Shown here in pieces: positions 54,631-62,766 of a stretch of DNA of 64,000 nucleotides. Under the pieces are notes generated by a model, which searched no databases, was not told where the DNA came from, and worked only from the letters and a program-made list of their open reading frames with translations. The position numbers and the translations under genes were made by a program. The DNA lies in IMG/VR virus record IMGVR_UViG_3300010343_000004. One strand, given 5' to 3'. The DNA comes from a virus. Numbering within the stretch: the stretch's first letter is position 1; every line of letters starts with the position of its first letter.

Positions 54631-55172
54631 TGGTGAGAAGCGCGAAGAAGGTCAGCCATCGCCTCGAACGCCGCTCGAAGATGACCGGCGTCGGCTCCTG
54701 GCGGACGTTTGCCGGCGGCGGCCGCGAGACGGCGTTCGAGGGGCGCGTCTACTCGATCAACCCACGCTTCGAGCCGCCCGGCCGGAGCGGAGGGTGGGCG
54801 CTCCGCGTGTCGCCCGGTCAAAGAGGCCTCCACGAGTGGATCGGCAAAGACGGTGGCCCCGAGACGGCCGGCTCCTTCCCGTTCACGACGCCCGCCCACG
54901 CAGCCCGTATGGCGGCGGCCTTCGCGAAGAGAGTCGGGCCAGAGCCGCACGGCATCATGGCCGGCTGGACCAAGACCGAGGACAAGATCACGGCCACCAT
55001 GCGCGAGCCTGACTTCTGGCACCGCGTCGAGAAGCTGAAAGACGAGGCGCAAGCGCAGGGTGACGCCGACATGGCGCGCATCTGCCGCGTCGCCATCTCC
55101 GAGCGTCCCGTCCGCCCGGAGGGGCACGACGCCCGCGAGTGCGCGCGGGCGCTCCTCCACGGTCAAGAGTAG
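54627..55172 (+). CDS. leader-bearing protein
   Basis: MMVRSAKKVSHRL. Confidence 0.75.
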   Translation: MMVRSAKKVSHRLERRSKMTGVGSWRTFAGGGRETAFEGRVYSINPRFEPPGRSGGWALRVSPGQRGLHEWIGKDGGPETAGSFPFTTPAHAARMAAAFAKRVGPEPHGIMAGWTKTEDKITATMREPDFWHRVEKLKDEAQAQGDADMARICRVAISERPVRPEGHDARECARALLHGQE

Positions 55173-55180
55173 GGGCTCTG

Positions 55181-55867
55181 ATGCCGACGACGTTCAAGCG
55201 CATCCAGCACGTCCTCGAGTCTCGCGCAGCCAACGCGCCCGGCGCGCCCGGACCGGAGGTCCTCGTCGGCGGCCTCGAAGTCGGGCGGACAGTCATTACC
55301 CGAGCGGGCCTCAAGATCCATCGCTACGCGGAGTCGCTCAAGGTCATCGACCTCACGAACGCTGGCAAGCGCGGCAAGAAGGTTCAAGAGATGCACGTCA
55401 CGGTCGGAACGTTCAACCGCGACAAGGTGAACGAAGTCTTGAAGGCCTTCACGATCGACATCCTGCCGCTCACGTTCGCGCAGGCCAAAAGGCATCTTGA
55501 AGAGGTCGTTGCCGGGCAGAAAGCCGCCGGTGATCTCGACGGCGTCCGGGCGAGCTACTTCACCCACCGCGGCATCGACGTAGAACCGCCCGAGACGCGT
55601 ATCGAAGTCGAAAGCAGCTTCGAGGGCGGCAACTCGGTCCGCGTAGAGGCTGGCCCGCACGACTTCCACGTCCGGAGCAGCTACGTCTTTCAGCCCGAAG
55701 GCAAGGCGCCGTTTGCTCAGGACACGAGCTACTGGTCCGCCAAGAAGGCGGACGGGGCCAAGTTTTTCGCGTGGGCGAAGAAGAACCTGTCCAAGCTCGA
55801 CGGCATGCGGATGGGCGACCTCATCGACGTGTGGCGACGTCTCGGCGTCCACTACGACTCGCACTAG
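55181..55867 (+). CDS. leader-bearing protein
   Basis: MPTTFKRIQHVL. Confidence 0.75.
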   Translation: MPTTFKRIQHVLESRAANAPGAPGPEVLVGGLEVGRTVITRAGLKIHRYAESLKVIDLTNAGKRGKKVQEMHVTVGTFNRDKVNEVLKAFTIDILPLTFAQAKRHLEEVVAGQKAAGDLDGVRASYFTHRGIDVEPPETRIEVESSFEGGNSVRVEAGPHDFHVRSSYVFQPEGKAPFAQDTSYWSAKKADGAKFFAWAKKNLSKLDGMRMGDLIDVWRRLGVHYDSH

Positions 55868-55980
55868 CTCGAGGGGTGCGAAGGGCTGAACCGCTCGAAG
55901 GCGAGGTCCTGAGCGAAGAGGCGACGAAAGACGAAGACGAAGAAGAGAGCGACGAAGACGAAGAAAAAGGAGTTGGCGTG

Positions 55981-56319
55981 ATGGCGAAAAGCGCGAAGAA
56001 GATCTCGGAGAAGCTGTCCACCCGCGGCACGAAGCGGTTCTCGGCCTACTGGCCAACCCTCGGCTCGGACAGGCTGCCCGAGGTAGACGACGCGGTCTTC
56101 GTCTCGAGGACGCTCGACACGTCGAGCGGCCGCGAGTTCTACGAGGCGAGGCTCACCCCCTGGAAGACCAACGTCTCGCACGAACCCAAGGTCCACGGCT
56201 GGCTCGGGGAGACGAACAACAAGAGCCGCACCGCGGTGGGCAAGGGCGTCGTCACGGCCATCGATCCGGACCGCGACGACGTGATCCGGTTCCGGTTCGT
56301 GAAGGGAGCAGCGTCGTGA
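55981..56319 (+). CDS. leader-bearing protein
   Basis: MAKSAKKISEKL. Confidence 0.75.
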   Translation: MAKSAKKISEKLSTRGTKRFSAYWPTLGSDRLPEVDDAVFVSRTLDTSSGREFYEARLTPWKTNVSHEPKVHGWLGETNNKSRTAVGKGVVTAIDPDRDDVIRFRFVKGAAS

Positions 56320-56383
56320 GGCGCATTCCGCAGGACGAAACCGCCTGCCGCACCCGTCGCATGTGAACGCCATCGTCCTCCTT

Positions 56384-56517
56384 CGCGCGCATGTCCACTA
56401 ATCCGTCTCTCGCTTGGCATACCCCGTGCGAGGTCGGGGCATCTCGGCCTCACGCACCAGCCGTTCGACCATGCCACTGCGGGTCTCGCCGCAACGCGTC
56501 GCCATCTCGTCGAGGCG
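56384..56517. repeat. 134-bp direct repeat, copy 1
   Basis: Matches 57579-57712 with 3 mismatches. Confidence 0.9.
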
Positions 56518-56613
56518 GGCAATCGCGTCGGGGGAGAGCGAGACGTGTACGAGGGGGCGCTTGCGCTTGACCAAGCCGGCGGACCGTCTGCGGCTGGCAT
56601 CGTCAATAATCAT
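56398..56613 (-). CDS. CopG/RHH regulator
   Basis: VHVSLSPDAIARLDEMA...ETRSGMVERLVRE. Confidence 0.75.
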   Translation of the reverse strand: MIIDDASRRRSAGLVKRKRPLVHVSLSPDAIARLDEMATRCGETRSGMVERLVREAEMPRPRTGYAKRETD

Positions 56614-56978
56614 AGCTGCCTCCAACCGTGCCCCATAGTGCGCTGCCAGCCAGCAGCCAACGCTGCAGCCTCGATCTTGTCGGCAAGAGTCTGCGCCGAC
56701 CTAGGGTATCGCTCGCCTGCTCCGTCGGCCATATCACGCAGTTGCTCGGTGAGCCGGTAAAGCATATCGTCGACCACCATCGACGCCTTGGGGAAGACCA
56801 TTCGACCGGCCTCGAGCCTGGGTAGGTCTGTCTCAAAATACCAACGCTCGCCGTCCCACGGCTCCGGGTCGCTCGCCTGCTCGCTGACAAGTTCCGCCAT
56901 TGGAACGAGCGCCCATTCAGCGTGGGCCTTTTCGCCCCGAGTCAGTGTGATCGAAAACATTCGACCACCTTGCTCCAT
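56610..56978 (-). CDS. hypothetical protein (alternative start 56960)
   Basis: Coupled to the RHH start. Confidence 0.6.
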   Translation of the reverse strand: MEQGGRMFSITLTRGEKAHAEWALVPMAELVSEQASDPEPWDGERWYFETDLPRLEAGRMVFPKASMVVDDMLYRLTEQLRDMADGAGERYPRSAQTLADKIEAAALAAGWQRTMGHGWRQL

Positions 56979-57070
56979 CCGGCCCTATTTGCATCGTCCA
57001 CATGGGTTGACGAATGCCCCCCATCATTCCAGAGCACGCCAACCCTCAAGGTGTCGATGGTCGTCCTCAT
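56942..57070 (-). CDS. small protein, probably translated from a leaderless mRNA
   Basis: ATG lies 7 nt after TACAAT. Confidence 0.5.
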   Translation of the reverse strand: MRTTIDTLRVGVLWNDGGHSSTHVDDANRAGWSKVVECFRSH

Positions 57071-57077
57071 GCCCATC

Positions 57078-57105
57078 ATTGTAGCCACACTGCGGCTACA
57101 GTCAA
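57078..57105 (-). promoter_or_regulatory. sigma70 promoter with operator palindrome, copy 1
   Basis: TTGACT-16 nt-TACAAT; TGTAGCC-N7-GGCTACA. Confidence 0.8.
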
Positions 57106-57284
57106 GAGGTAGCCGAAACTTTTTTCTCGAGCGCCACACGCACAGCCTCGCGCCCTGGACATTCACCCGCGCGCATGGTGACACGACCATCCGGCCAATG
57201 GTAGGTCAGCGACCCGGTAACGCGAGCCCCGGAGCGCATCAGGCCGCAGGTCTTACACGTCTCGTGGTACCAAGAATGTTTCAT
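57102..57284 (-). CDS. small Cys/His protein
   Basis: Coupled start; CKTCG. Confidence 0.55.
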   Translation of the reverse strand: MKHSWYHETCKTCGLMRSGARVTGSLTYHWPDGRVTMRAGECPGREAVRVALEKKVSATS

Positions 57285-57502
57285 ATGAACGAGCCGATAC
57301 GGACGAGTTGCGACTTCTGGAAGCGTCCGACTTCAGGGTCGCCGACCTCAGGTCTTGTAAGCCGAACATGCACCCATTCATGGCCTACGTGCCACACAAG
57401 TCCGAGTCCAACACCCAACACGCGGACATGGTCGAGGGGGCGAAAGCCGCGGGCATTGGGCGCACACGAGAGCGGCGCCTCGGCTCGGTTGTTTTTGCTC
57501 AT
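57281..57502 (-). CDS. small protein, probably translated from a leaderless mRNA
   Basis: ATG lies 7 nt after TACAAT. Confidence 0.55.
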   Translation of the reverse strand: MSKNNRAEAPLSCAPNARGFRPLDHVRVLGVGLGLVWHVGHEWVHVRLTRPEVGDPEVGRFQKSQLVRIGSFI

Positions 57503-57509
57503 GTCCGTC

Positions 57510-57537
57510 ATTGTAGCCGCAGTGTGGCTACAGTCAA
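57510..57537 (-). promoter_or_regulatory. sigma70 promoter with operator palindrome, copy 2
   Basis: TTGACT-16 nt-TACAAT; 7-nt core is the reverse complement of copy 1. Confidence 0.8.
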
Positions 57538-57578
57538 GTGGTAGCCGAAACTTTTTCTCGACCGCTGCACTTCTCTGG

Positions 57579-57712
57579 CGCGCGCATGTCCACTAATCCG
57601 TCTCTCGCTTGGCATACCCCGTGCGAGGTCGGGGCATCTCGGCCTCACGCACCAGCCGTTCGACCATGCCACTGCGGGTCTCGTCGCAACGCGTCGCCAT
57701 GTGGTCGAGGCG
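57579..57712. repeat. 134-bp direct repeat, copy 2
   Basis: Matches 56384-56517. Confidence 0.9.
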
Positions 57713-57739
57713 AGCAGTTGAGGCTACGGCGTTGCGCAT
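57593..57739 (-). pseudogene. truncated copy of the RHH regulator lacking its beta-strand
   Basis: MRNAVASTARLDHMATRCDETRSGMVERLVRE... Confidence 0.5.
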
Positions 57740-57756
57740 GTACCGAGTAAAGGAAT

Positions 57757-57984
57757 TCACGACTCGCTCCCCTGCCCCAAAAGCGCACGCGAAATAGCCC
57801 GCTCCTCGTCCGTCGGCGGCTCGCCAGATTGCTCCCGATGCCGCTCGCACATGGTGTCTCCGTACTCGCCGTTCGGATCGACGCCAACCGCGAAGCCGAA
57901 CAGGTGGGCCATCATCGCAACCCTGTCGGGGCTTGGCCCGTACGCGATCGCCGCACAGATGGGGCACGCTTCGGCTTCCTTCAT
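57757..57984 (-). CDS. small Cys/His protein
   Basis: CPIC...CERH; coupled start. Confidence 0.55.
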   Translation of the reverse strand: MKEAEACPICAAIAYGPSPDRVAMMAHLFGFAVGVDPNGEYGDTMCERHREQSGEPPTDEERAISRALLGQGSES

Positions 57985-58148
57985 TTTGCGAGATCCTCCC
58001 GCTTCATCTTCTTCAAGGCACTTCTCAGCCTCGCCTTGGAGTGGTCGCTCTGCAAGGAGTCGATCCCGCACTCGAGCGCGCGCTTGACCGTGCGCGGGTC
58101 TAGCTGCGCCTCGAGTGCGATGCGCATGATTGTCGGTCGGTCTACCAT
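57981..58148 (-). CDS. small HTH protein
   Basis: IMRIALEAQLDPRTVKRALE. Confidence 0.65.
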   Translation of the reverse strand: MVDRPTIMRIALEAQLDPRTVKRALECGIDSLQSDHSKARLRSALKKMKREDLAK

Positions 58149-58171
58149 TCGTTGAGCTACGAGGGAAAATA

Positions 58172-58195
58172 ACAACTTGCTGCAAGTTGTGTCAA
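58172..58195 (-). promoter_or_regulatory. promoter -35 box with perfect operator palindrome
   Basis: TTGACA (58190-58195, minus) followed by ACAACTTGC-T-GCAAGTTGT, then TATTTT. Confidence 0.7.
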
Positions 58196-58453
58196 ACTGT
58201 CGGGCCTCGGCCCATCAAAAATAATCCGATCCCCACACACTCAGAAAGGAGGCGGAAGGTAGCTCCCCCCCCGCTGCCGCTGCCGCCCTGCCCCGCCCCC
58301 CCATGGCCTCGAACATCTTCGGCAGAACGGCAGAACGGCTTGAGCACGCAGCCTGCAAGCGTGGTAGCCTTCCCCTTGACAATCCCCGTGCAACGCGCCC
58401 TCCTCGGAGAAAGCATTGCAACCCCCCCGACCCCACGAGGCGTGATCTACCCC

Positions 58454-58786
58454 ATGAGCAGCGCGAAGAAGGTGAAGAGGAAGCTCGAGACGCGCTCGGA
58501 CACGGCGTCGGTCGACTTCGCCGCCAGGCAGATGGGGGTCCCGCGCATCATGGCCGAGGTGCTCATGGACCTCCGCCGCTCGCCTGAGCGTAGGCGTCTG
58601 CCGCCTCCCGGACACTCCCTCGTGTACGACGGCGAAGGCTACGTGCCGCTCCGCAAGACCGGCTACATCGCCTGGCACCAAACCGAGCCGGGGATGTCCT
58701 CTTTCTCCGACCACTACGTACTCACCGACCAGGGCCGCGTGCTCCTAGCGAAGCTCGGGACGGCGGGCCTCACGGGAAAGACCTGA
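58454..58786 (+). CDS. leader-bearing protein
   Basis: MSSAKKVKRKL. Confidence 0.75.
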   Translation: MSSAKKVKRKLETRSDTASVDFAARQMGVPRIMAEVLMDLRRSPERRRLPPPGHSLVYDGEGYVPLRKTGYIAWHQTEPGMSSFSDHYVLTDQGRVLLAKLGTAGLTGKT

Positions 58787-59163
58787 TGCGCTCCTCCGGA
58801 CGGCGCACCGCGAAGACGGTGGCGAAGAAGCTCGCGACACGCGGGACGAAGAAGACGAAGGCCGCTGCGAAGAAGCGTGGTCTCAAGATGGTCTACTGCG
58901 CGCCCGAGAGCTTCGCGATGACGGGTCTGCCGCGCGGCGAGAAGATCTCGCTCGACTGGGACGAGCCCGCGCAAGAGTGGAAGGCGACGGTCGGCGGCAT
59001 CATCCACCGCATGCCGACGTTCTTTCTGTCGCCGAAGACCGCCAAGAAAGAACCGAAACGCTTCGCCATGGAGGCGCTCTCGCACCTCGAACGAGTCATG
59101 ATGGCGGGACCTCGCCCCGCGCACGAGCAGAAGGGACCTCTCGCCATCGGAGTGCGGACATGA
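58786..59163 (+). CDS. leader-bearing protein
   Basis: MRSSGRRTAKTVAKKL. Confidence 0.75.
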   Translation: MRSSGRRTAKTVAKKLATRGTKKTKAAAKKRGLKMVYCAPESFAMTGLPRGEKISLDWDEPAQEWKATVGGIIHRMPTFFLSPKTAKKEPKRFAMEALSHLERVMMAGPRPAHEQKGPLAIGVRT

Positions 59164-59420
59164 GCAGGTCGGCCAAGAAGATCTCGAAGAAGCTCTCCTC
59201 AAGAAAGAGGGGCAAGCGTGGCTCGCGGCGGACCATCCTCCCGCCAGCGATGCACATGACGTTCGAGCCGGTACCCTCCACGCAGGTTGAGCTCGGCGCG
59301 CCGCCCACTTTGCGGAGCGCGGGGCATCCGCTCGCGTCGTGGGATCCAGCGGCGCCCACGCTCCGCCACCCCTTCGCGAACTGGCAACCCAGCGCGCCGA
59401 CGCTCCGACCGAGCCAGTAG
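59160..59420 (+). CDS. leader-bearing protein with PTLR repeats
   Basis: MSRSAKKISKKL; APPTLRS / AAPTLRH / SAPTLRP. Confidence 0.7.
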   Translation: MSRSAKKISKKLSSRKRGKRGSRRTILPPAMHMTFEPVPSTQVELGAPPTLRSAGHPLASWDPAAPTLRHPFANWQPSAPTLRPSQ

Positions 59421-59423
59421 ACG

Positions 59424-59573
59424 ATGCCCACGAGCCGCCATCTCGCGAAGAAGCTCGCCGCGCGCCGCCGTTACGCAGCCATCGGCGTCACCGCTTCCGA
59501 GCTCCGCCGACGTCTGCGTCAGGGCGAGAGCGTCCTCGACGTCGCGCAATACCCTGGAGACAAACCACGATGA
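59424..59573 (+). CDS. leader-bearing 49-aa protein (not in track)
   Basis: MPTSRHLAKKL. Confidence 0.65.
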   Translation: MPTSRHLAKKLAARRRYAAIGVTASELRRRLRQGESVLDVAQYPGDKPR

Positions 59574-60067
59574 AGAAGTCCTGGGCACGCAGGATCGCCG
59601 ACGACCTCGAGAGGGGCCGCCACTCCGCCGGCAAGCACGCCATCGCGCGTAAGCTCGAGAAGCGGAGCGGCAAGAAGCCTGCTGGATCGAAGGGGCTCAT
59701 CTTTCTCAACCCGGCGAGCAAGGACTACGCGAAGCACCGCTACATCCTCTGGTTCGACGCGCATGCGCCGACGTACTTCGTCGTGTGGGCGGACAGCCTC
59801 CAAGACGCCATCGACGAAGTGGCCGACGAGTGGATGGAGAAGAACGCGCCCGGCTGGTTCATGGACGAGCCGATCGAGGAGAACTACAAGGAGGCGCTCG
59901 AAGAGGGGATGGACGAGGGGCAAGCGCAGGAGCACGCCACCGTCGACATGACCCCCGTCGGCGGCTACGGCCGCTACATCTCCTCGGAGGACTGGGGCAT
60001 CGAGGCCGAGGACCCGTCAAGGGAACGGATCCTCGAGCTCCAAGAAAGCCTCAAGGGGAGATACTGA
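59570..60067 (+). CDS. acidic protein with two tandem leaders
   Basis: WARRIADDL...GKHAIARKL. Confidence 0.75.
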   Translation: MKKSWARRIADDLERGRHSAGKHAIARKLEKRSGKKPAGSKGLIFLNPASKDYAKHRYILWFDAHAPTYFVVWADSLQDAIDEVADEWMEKNAPGWFMDEPIEENYKEALEEGMDEGQAQEHATVDMTPVGGYGRYISSEDWGIEAEDPSRERILELQESLKGRY

Positions 60068-60312
60068 TGGCGAGCGCGAGACAAGTCGCAGGCCGGCTGG
60101 GCAAGACGCGAGTGGCGAGCGCGCGCCGCGAGGCCGTGAAGGATCTCCTCACGAGGCCGTCCCCGCCAGAAGGAGCGTTCATCGCTGGGCCATGGGGGTT
60201 CGGGCTGACGAGCGAGCACGCCGAGCGCTTGCTCCGCAAGTGGAAGAAGCTCCTCACCATCGCGGGCCTGACGAGCCGCGAGATCGCCGCCGACATGGCG
60301 GGATGGGGCTGA
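60067..60312 (+). CDS. leader-bearing protein
   Basis: MASARQVAGRL. Confidence 0.75.
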   Translation: MASARQVAGRLGKTRVASARREAVKDLLTRPSPPEGAFIAGPWGFGLTSEHAERLLRKWKKLLTIAGLTSREIAADMAGWG

Positions 60313-60315
60313 TCC

Positions 60316-60582
60316 ATGAGCGCGAAACATGTGGCAGAGCGGCTTGAAAGCAGCGCGTCTCGCGAAGGGTTCGGCTCGATGGCCGAAGTGATCGCGCACC
60401 TGCGCGCCGGGCGGCCGCTCTACTACAAGGCGCCGCTGTCCTATCGCGCTGTCCGCATCGACAACGTTGCGCGTCCGTTCGGCAAGAACCGCATCTACAT
60501 CCGCGCGGACCGCCTTGATCGAGACAGCGACCCGTTTACGGCGGACGCCGGGCACCTCGACCGATTCCGTCGTGCCCCATGA
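60316..60582 (+). CDS. leader-bearing protein
   Basis: MSAKHVAERL. Confidence 0.75.
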   Translation: MSAKHVAERLESSASREGFGSMAEVIAHLRAGRPLYYKAPLSYRAVRIDNVARPFGKNRIYIRADRLDRDSDPFTADAGHLDRFRRAP

Positions 60583-60989
60583 AGACTGCACGCATCGTCC
60601 TGAAGAAGCTGGCGCGTCGCCACGAAGACGCAGTCGTGCGCGATCCGGCGCTCCTGCCCGCGAAGCTTTCCGCTCGCCTAGCGCGGGACCTCGGGAGGGA
60701 GCTCGGAGGTGGATGGACCGTCGAGGTGACAGCCAGCAGCACCTCCATGCCGAGGAGCTGGGACTTCGCGAACCTGACGGACCTCCTCGTGACCGCGCCT
60801 GGCGGGAGACCGTCGCGCGTGTCCATCCGCGTCAACGTCGTCGTCGGCACCGCGTACCCGCCAACGCTCTCCGAGGCCTCTGCGAACGCCGCCCTTGACG
60901 GCATGACCTTGACCACGAGGGGCGCCGCGCCGGACGAGGCGATCCGGACGCTGATCGGCGAAGTCGCCGAGCAGCTCGGCGGGAGATGA
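60579..60989 (+). CDS. leader-bearing protein
   Basis: MKTARIVLKKL. Confidence 0.75.
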   Translation: MKTARIVLKKLARRHEDAVVRDPALLPAKLSARLARDLGRELGGGWTVEVTASSTSMPRSWDFANLTDLLVTAPGGRPSRVSIRVNVVVGTAYPPTLSEASANAALDGMTLTTRGAAPDEAIRTLIGEVAEQLGGR

Positions 60990-61004
60990 CGGAGAGGGAG
61001 AACC

Positions 61005-61346
61005 ATGAGGACCGCACGCGCCATCGCATCGAAGCTCGAGAGACGGCCCTGGCAAGGCACCGACTGGATCGAGAAGCAGGCCAACTTGCTTCACAACCGG
61101 CTCGCTTCCGTCATCCTGTACGGCGTCGAGGGAGGCGCCGGTAACTCCCGCGGCAACGCGCCCGTGCCGCGCAGCAAGGCAGACGAGTACATCGCGGAGG
61201 CGGGGGCCGTTCTCCGCAACTGGGAGGCGCAGCACGCTCCGACCGCGAGCGCCCGCCGATGGTTCGAATACAAGGTGAAGGACCTGCGGCGTAAGCTCGA
61301 GGAAGCCGAAGCCGTACGCGCGGGCCATCAAGCTCCGAAGCTCTGA
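61005..61346 (+). CDS. leader-bearing protein
   Basis: MRTARAIASKL. Confidence 0.75.
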   Translation: MRTARAIASKLERRPWQGTDWIEKQANLLHNRLASVILYGVEGGAGNSRGNAPVPRSKADEYIAEAGAVLRNWEAQHAPTASARRWFEYKVKDLRRKLEEAEAVRAGHQAPKL

Positions 61347-61356
61347 CTGAGGAGAG

Positions 61357-61707
61357 ATGAGCATGTCCGCGAAGAGCGTCACCGAAAGGCTTCAAAGGGC
61401 GAACAGACCCGAGTCGTGGGACACGACGCCGCGCTACGCGCCCGCGGAGGTTATGACCCTGCGGGGCGTGCGCCCAGTGCTCCGCTCGGCCTTCCACCCG
61501 CCGGAGAGCGAGGAAGCTCGCCGTAAGAGCGGGATCCCCATCGTGGCTAGCTACGGTGTCCTCGAGCTCGTGACGGACGCCGGCTCCCGCTACTACGGTG
61601 TGGACCGCGCCTACATCAACTCGGAGCTCCGCATGGTCGTCATCGGTGTCAACAAGCGCGACGAGGTCGTCTCAAAGTGGCCGGTCGTGCCGAGGCGGAT
61701 GCGGTAG
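61357..61707 (+). CDS. leader-bearing protein
   Basis: MSMSAKSVTERL. Confidence 0.75.
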   Translation: MSMSAKSVTERLQRANRPESWDTTPRYAPAEVMTLRGVRPVLRSAFHPPESEEARRKSGIPIVASYGVLELVTDAGSRYYGVDRAYINSELRMVVIGVNKRDEVVSKWPVVPRRMR

Positions 61708-61758
61708 GACACGCGGGGTCGCACGAGCGCGAGGGACTGAGAAGAAGGAGAGAAGACC

Positions 61759-62088
61759 ATGTCATCGGCGGGCAGCGTTGCGAGCAAGTTGGAGAAGCGT
61801 CATGTCGGGCGGAGGTTCGTCCCACGCAAGCGTCTCGGCTTGATGATGTCTTCGTGGGGCGGCGACTTCTCCTACGGGCGCGGCACCGGCGCCGTCGGCG
61901 CCGTCGCGAGCTTCTACCATTCAGACAAGCCGTACCCCGACAAGGGCATCGTTCGGGAAGCTCTCCAAGAGGTGGAGCGCCTCGAACCGCTCGCCATGCA
62001 CGGCGCGCACGGCTGGACTCCGAAAGACGCACGCGAGCTTCGGAACATCGCCGGCGGCCTCAAGTATTACCTCAAGGCCGACTACTGA
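61759..62088 (+). CDS. leader-bearing protein
   Basis: MSSAGSVASKL. Confidence 0.75.
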   Translation: MSSAGSVASKLEKRHVGRRFVPRKRLGLMMSSWGGDFSYGRGTGAVGAVASFYHSDKPYPDKGIVREALQEVERLEPLAMHGAHGWTPKDARELRNIAGGLKYYLKADY

Positions 62089-62114
62089 GGCTCAAAAGAC
62101 CGAGGAGAAAGACC

Positions 62115-62357
62115 ATGTCTGCGAAGAGCGTCACGAAGAAACTCGCGAAGAAACGCGCCAAGAAGAAGCACAAGCCCGGAGCGGCAGTCGGGAGAGCGAT
62201 TGACAAGAAGTTCGCCCAGGCCCGAAAGATCAAAAAGCAGATCGAGACGCTCGAGAAGCGGCACACGAAGCTCATCGATCAGGCGTACAAGCTCTCCGAG
62301 AAGCACAAGCGAAGCCGGCCATCCGCTCCTTTCATCGGACCTCTCCTTCCTGAATGA
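62115..62357 (+). CDS. leader-bearing Lys-rich protein
   Basis: MSAKSVTKKL. Confidence 0.75.
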   Translation: MSAKSVTKKLAKKRAKKKHKPGAAVGRAIDKKFAQARKIKKQIETLEKRHTKLIDQAYKLSEKHKRSRPSAPFIGPLLPE

Positions 62358-62370
62358 AGTAGGTCTACGC

Positions 62371-62766
62371 GTGTTCGAGCTCCATTACCGCTCTTTCGTC
62401 CCCGTCGAGGACCTCCTCGAGGACGAGTGCTCCGTGCACCGCGCGAGTGCCGGAGTAGGCAAGCGATTCTGGCTGCTCTGGTGGAACTCGAAACGCGAAA
62501 CCGACGGTGTGCTCGAGGTCTTCTGCGTGCCGATCATCCCGAGCGGCTCTTACTCGGAGAACGGGCCTGGCGGACGGAGCTGGGGATGCAACCGCGCCGG
62601 CGTCGGACGCTGGATGATTGGCCCATCGGTCAACGTGCTGGACGACGAGGGCGCGCATCAAGTCGTCGCGGGACATGCGCCGACGAGCATCTCGCTCTGG
62701 CACAAGACACCGCTCCTCACCGGAGTCCCGGAAGACGAACCTTGGGCGAGAGGACAGCAGCCGTGA
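62371..62766 (+). CDS. hypothetical protein (no leader)
   Basis: GTG start MFELHY; stop overlaps the next start. Confidence 0.55.
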   Translation: MFELHYRSFVPVEDLLEDECSVHRASAGVGKRFWLLWWNSKRETDGVLEVFCVPIIPSGSYSENGPGGRSWGCNRAGVGRWMIGPSVNVLDDEGAHQVVAGHAPTSISLWHKTPLLTGVPEDEPWARGQQP

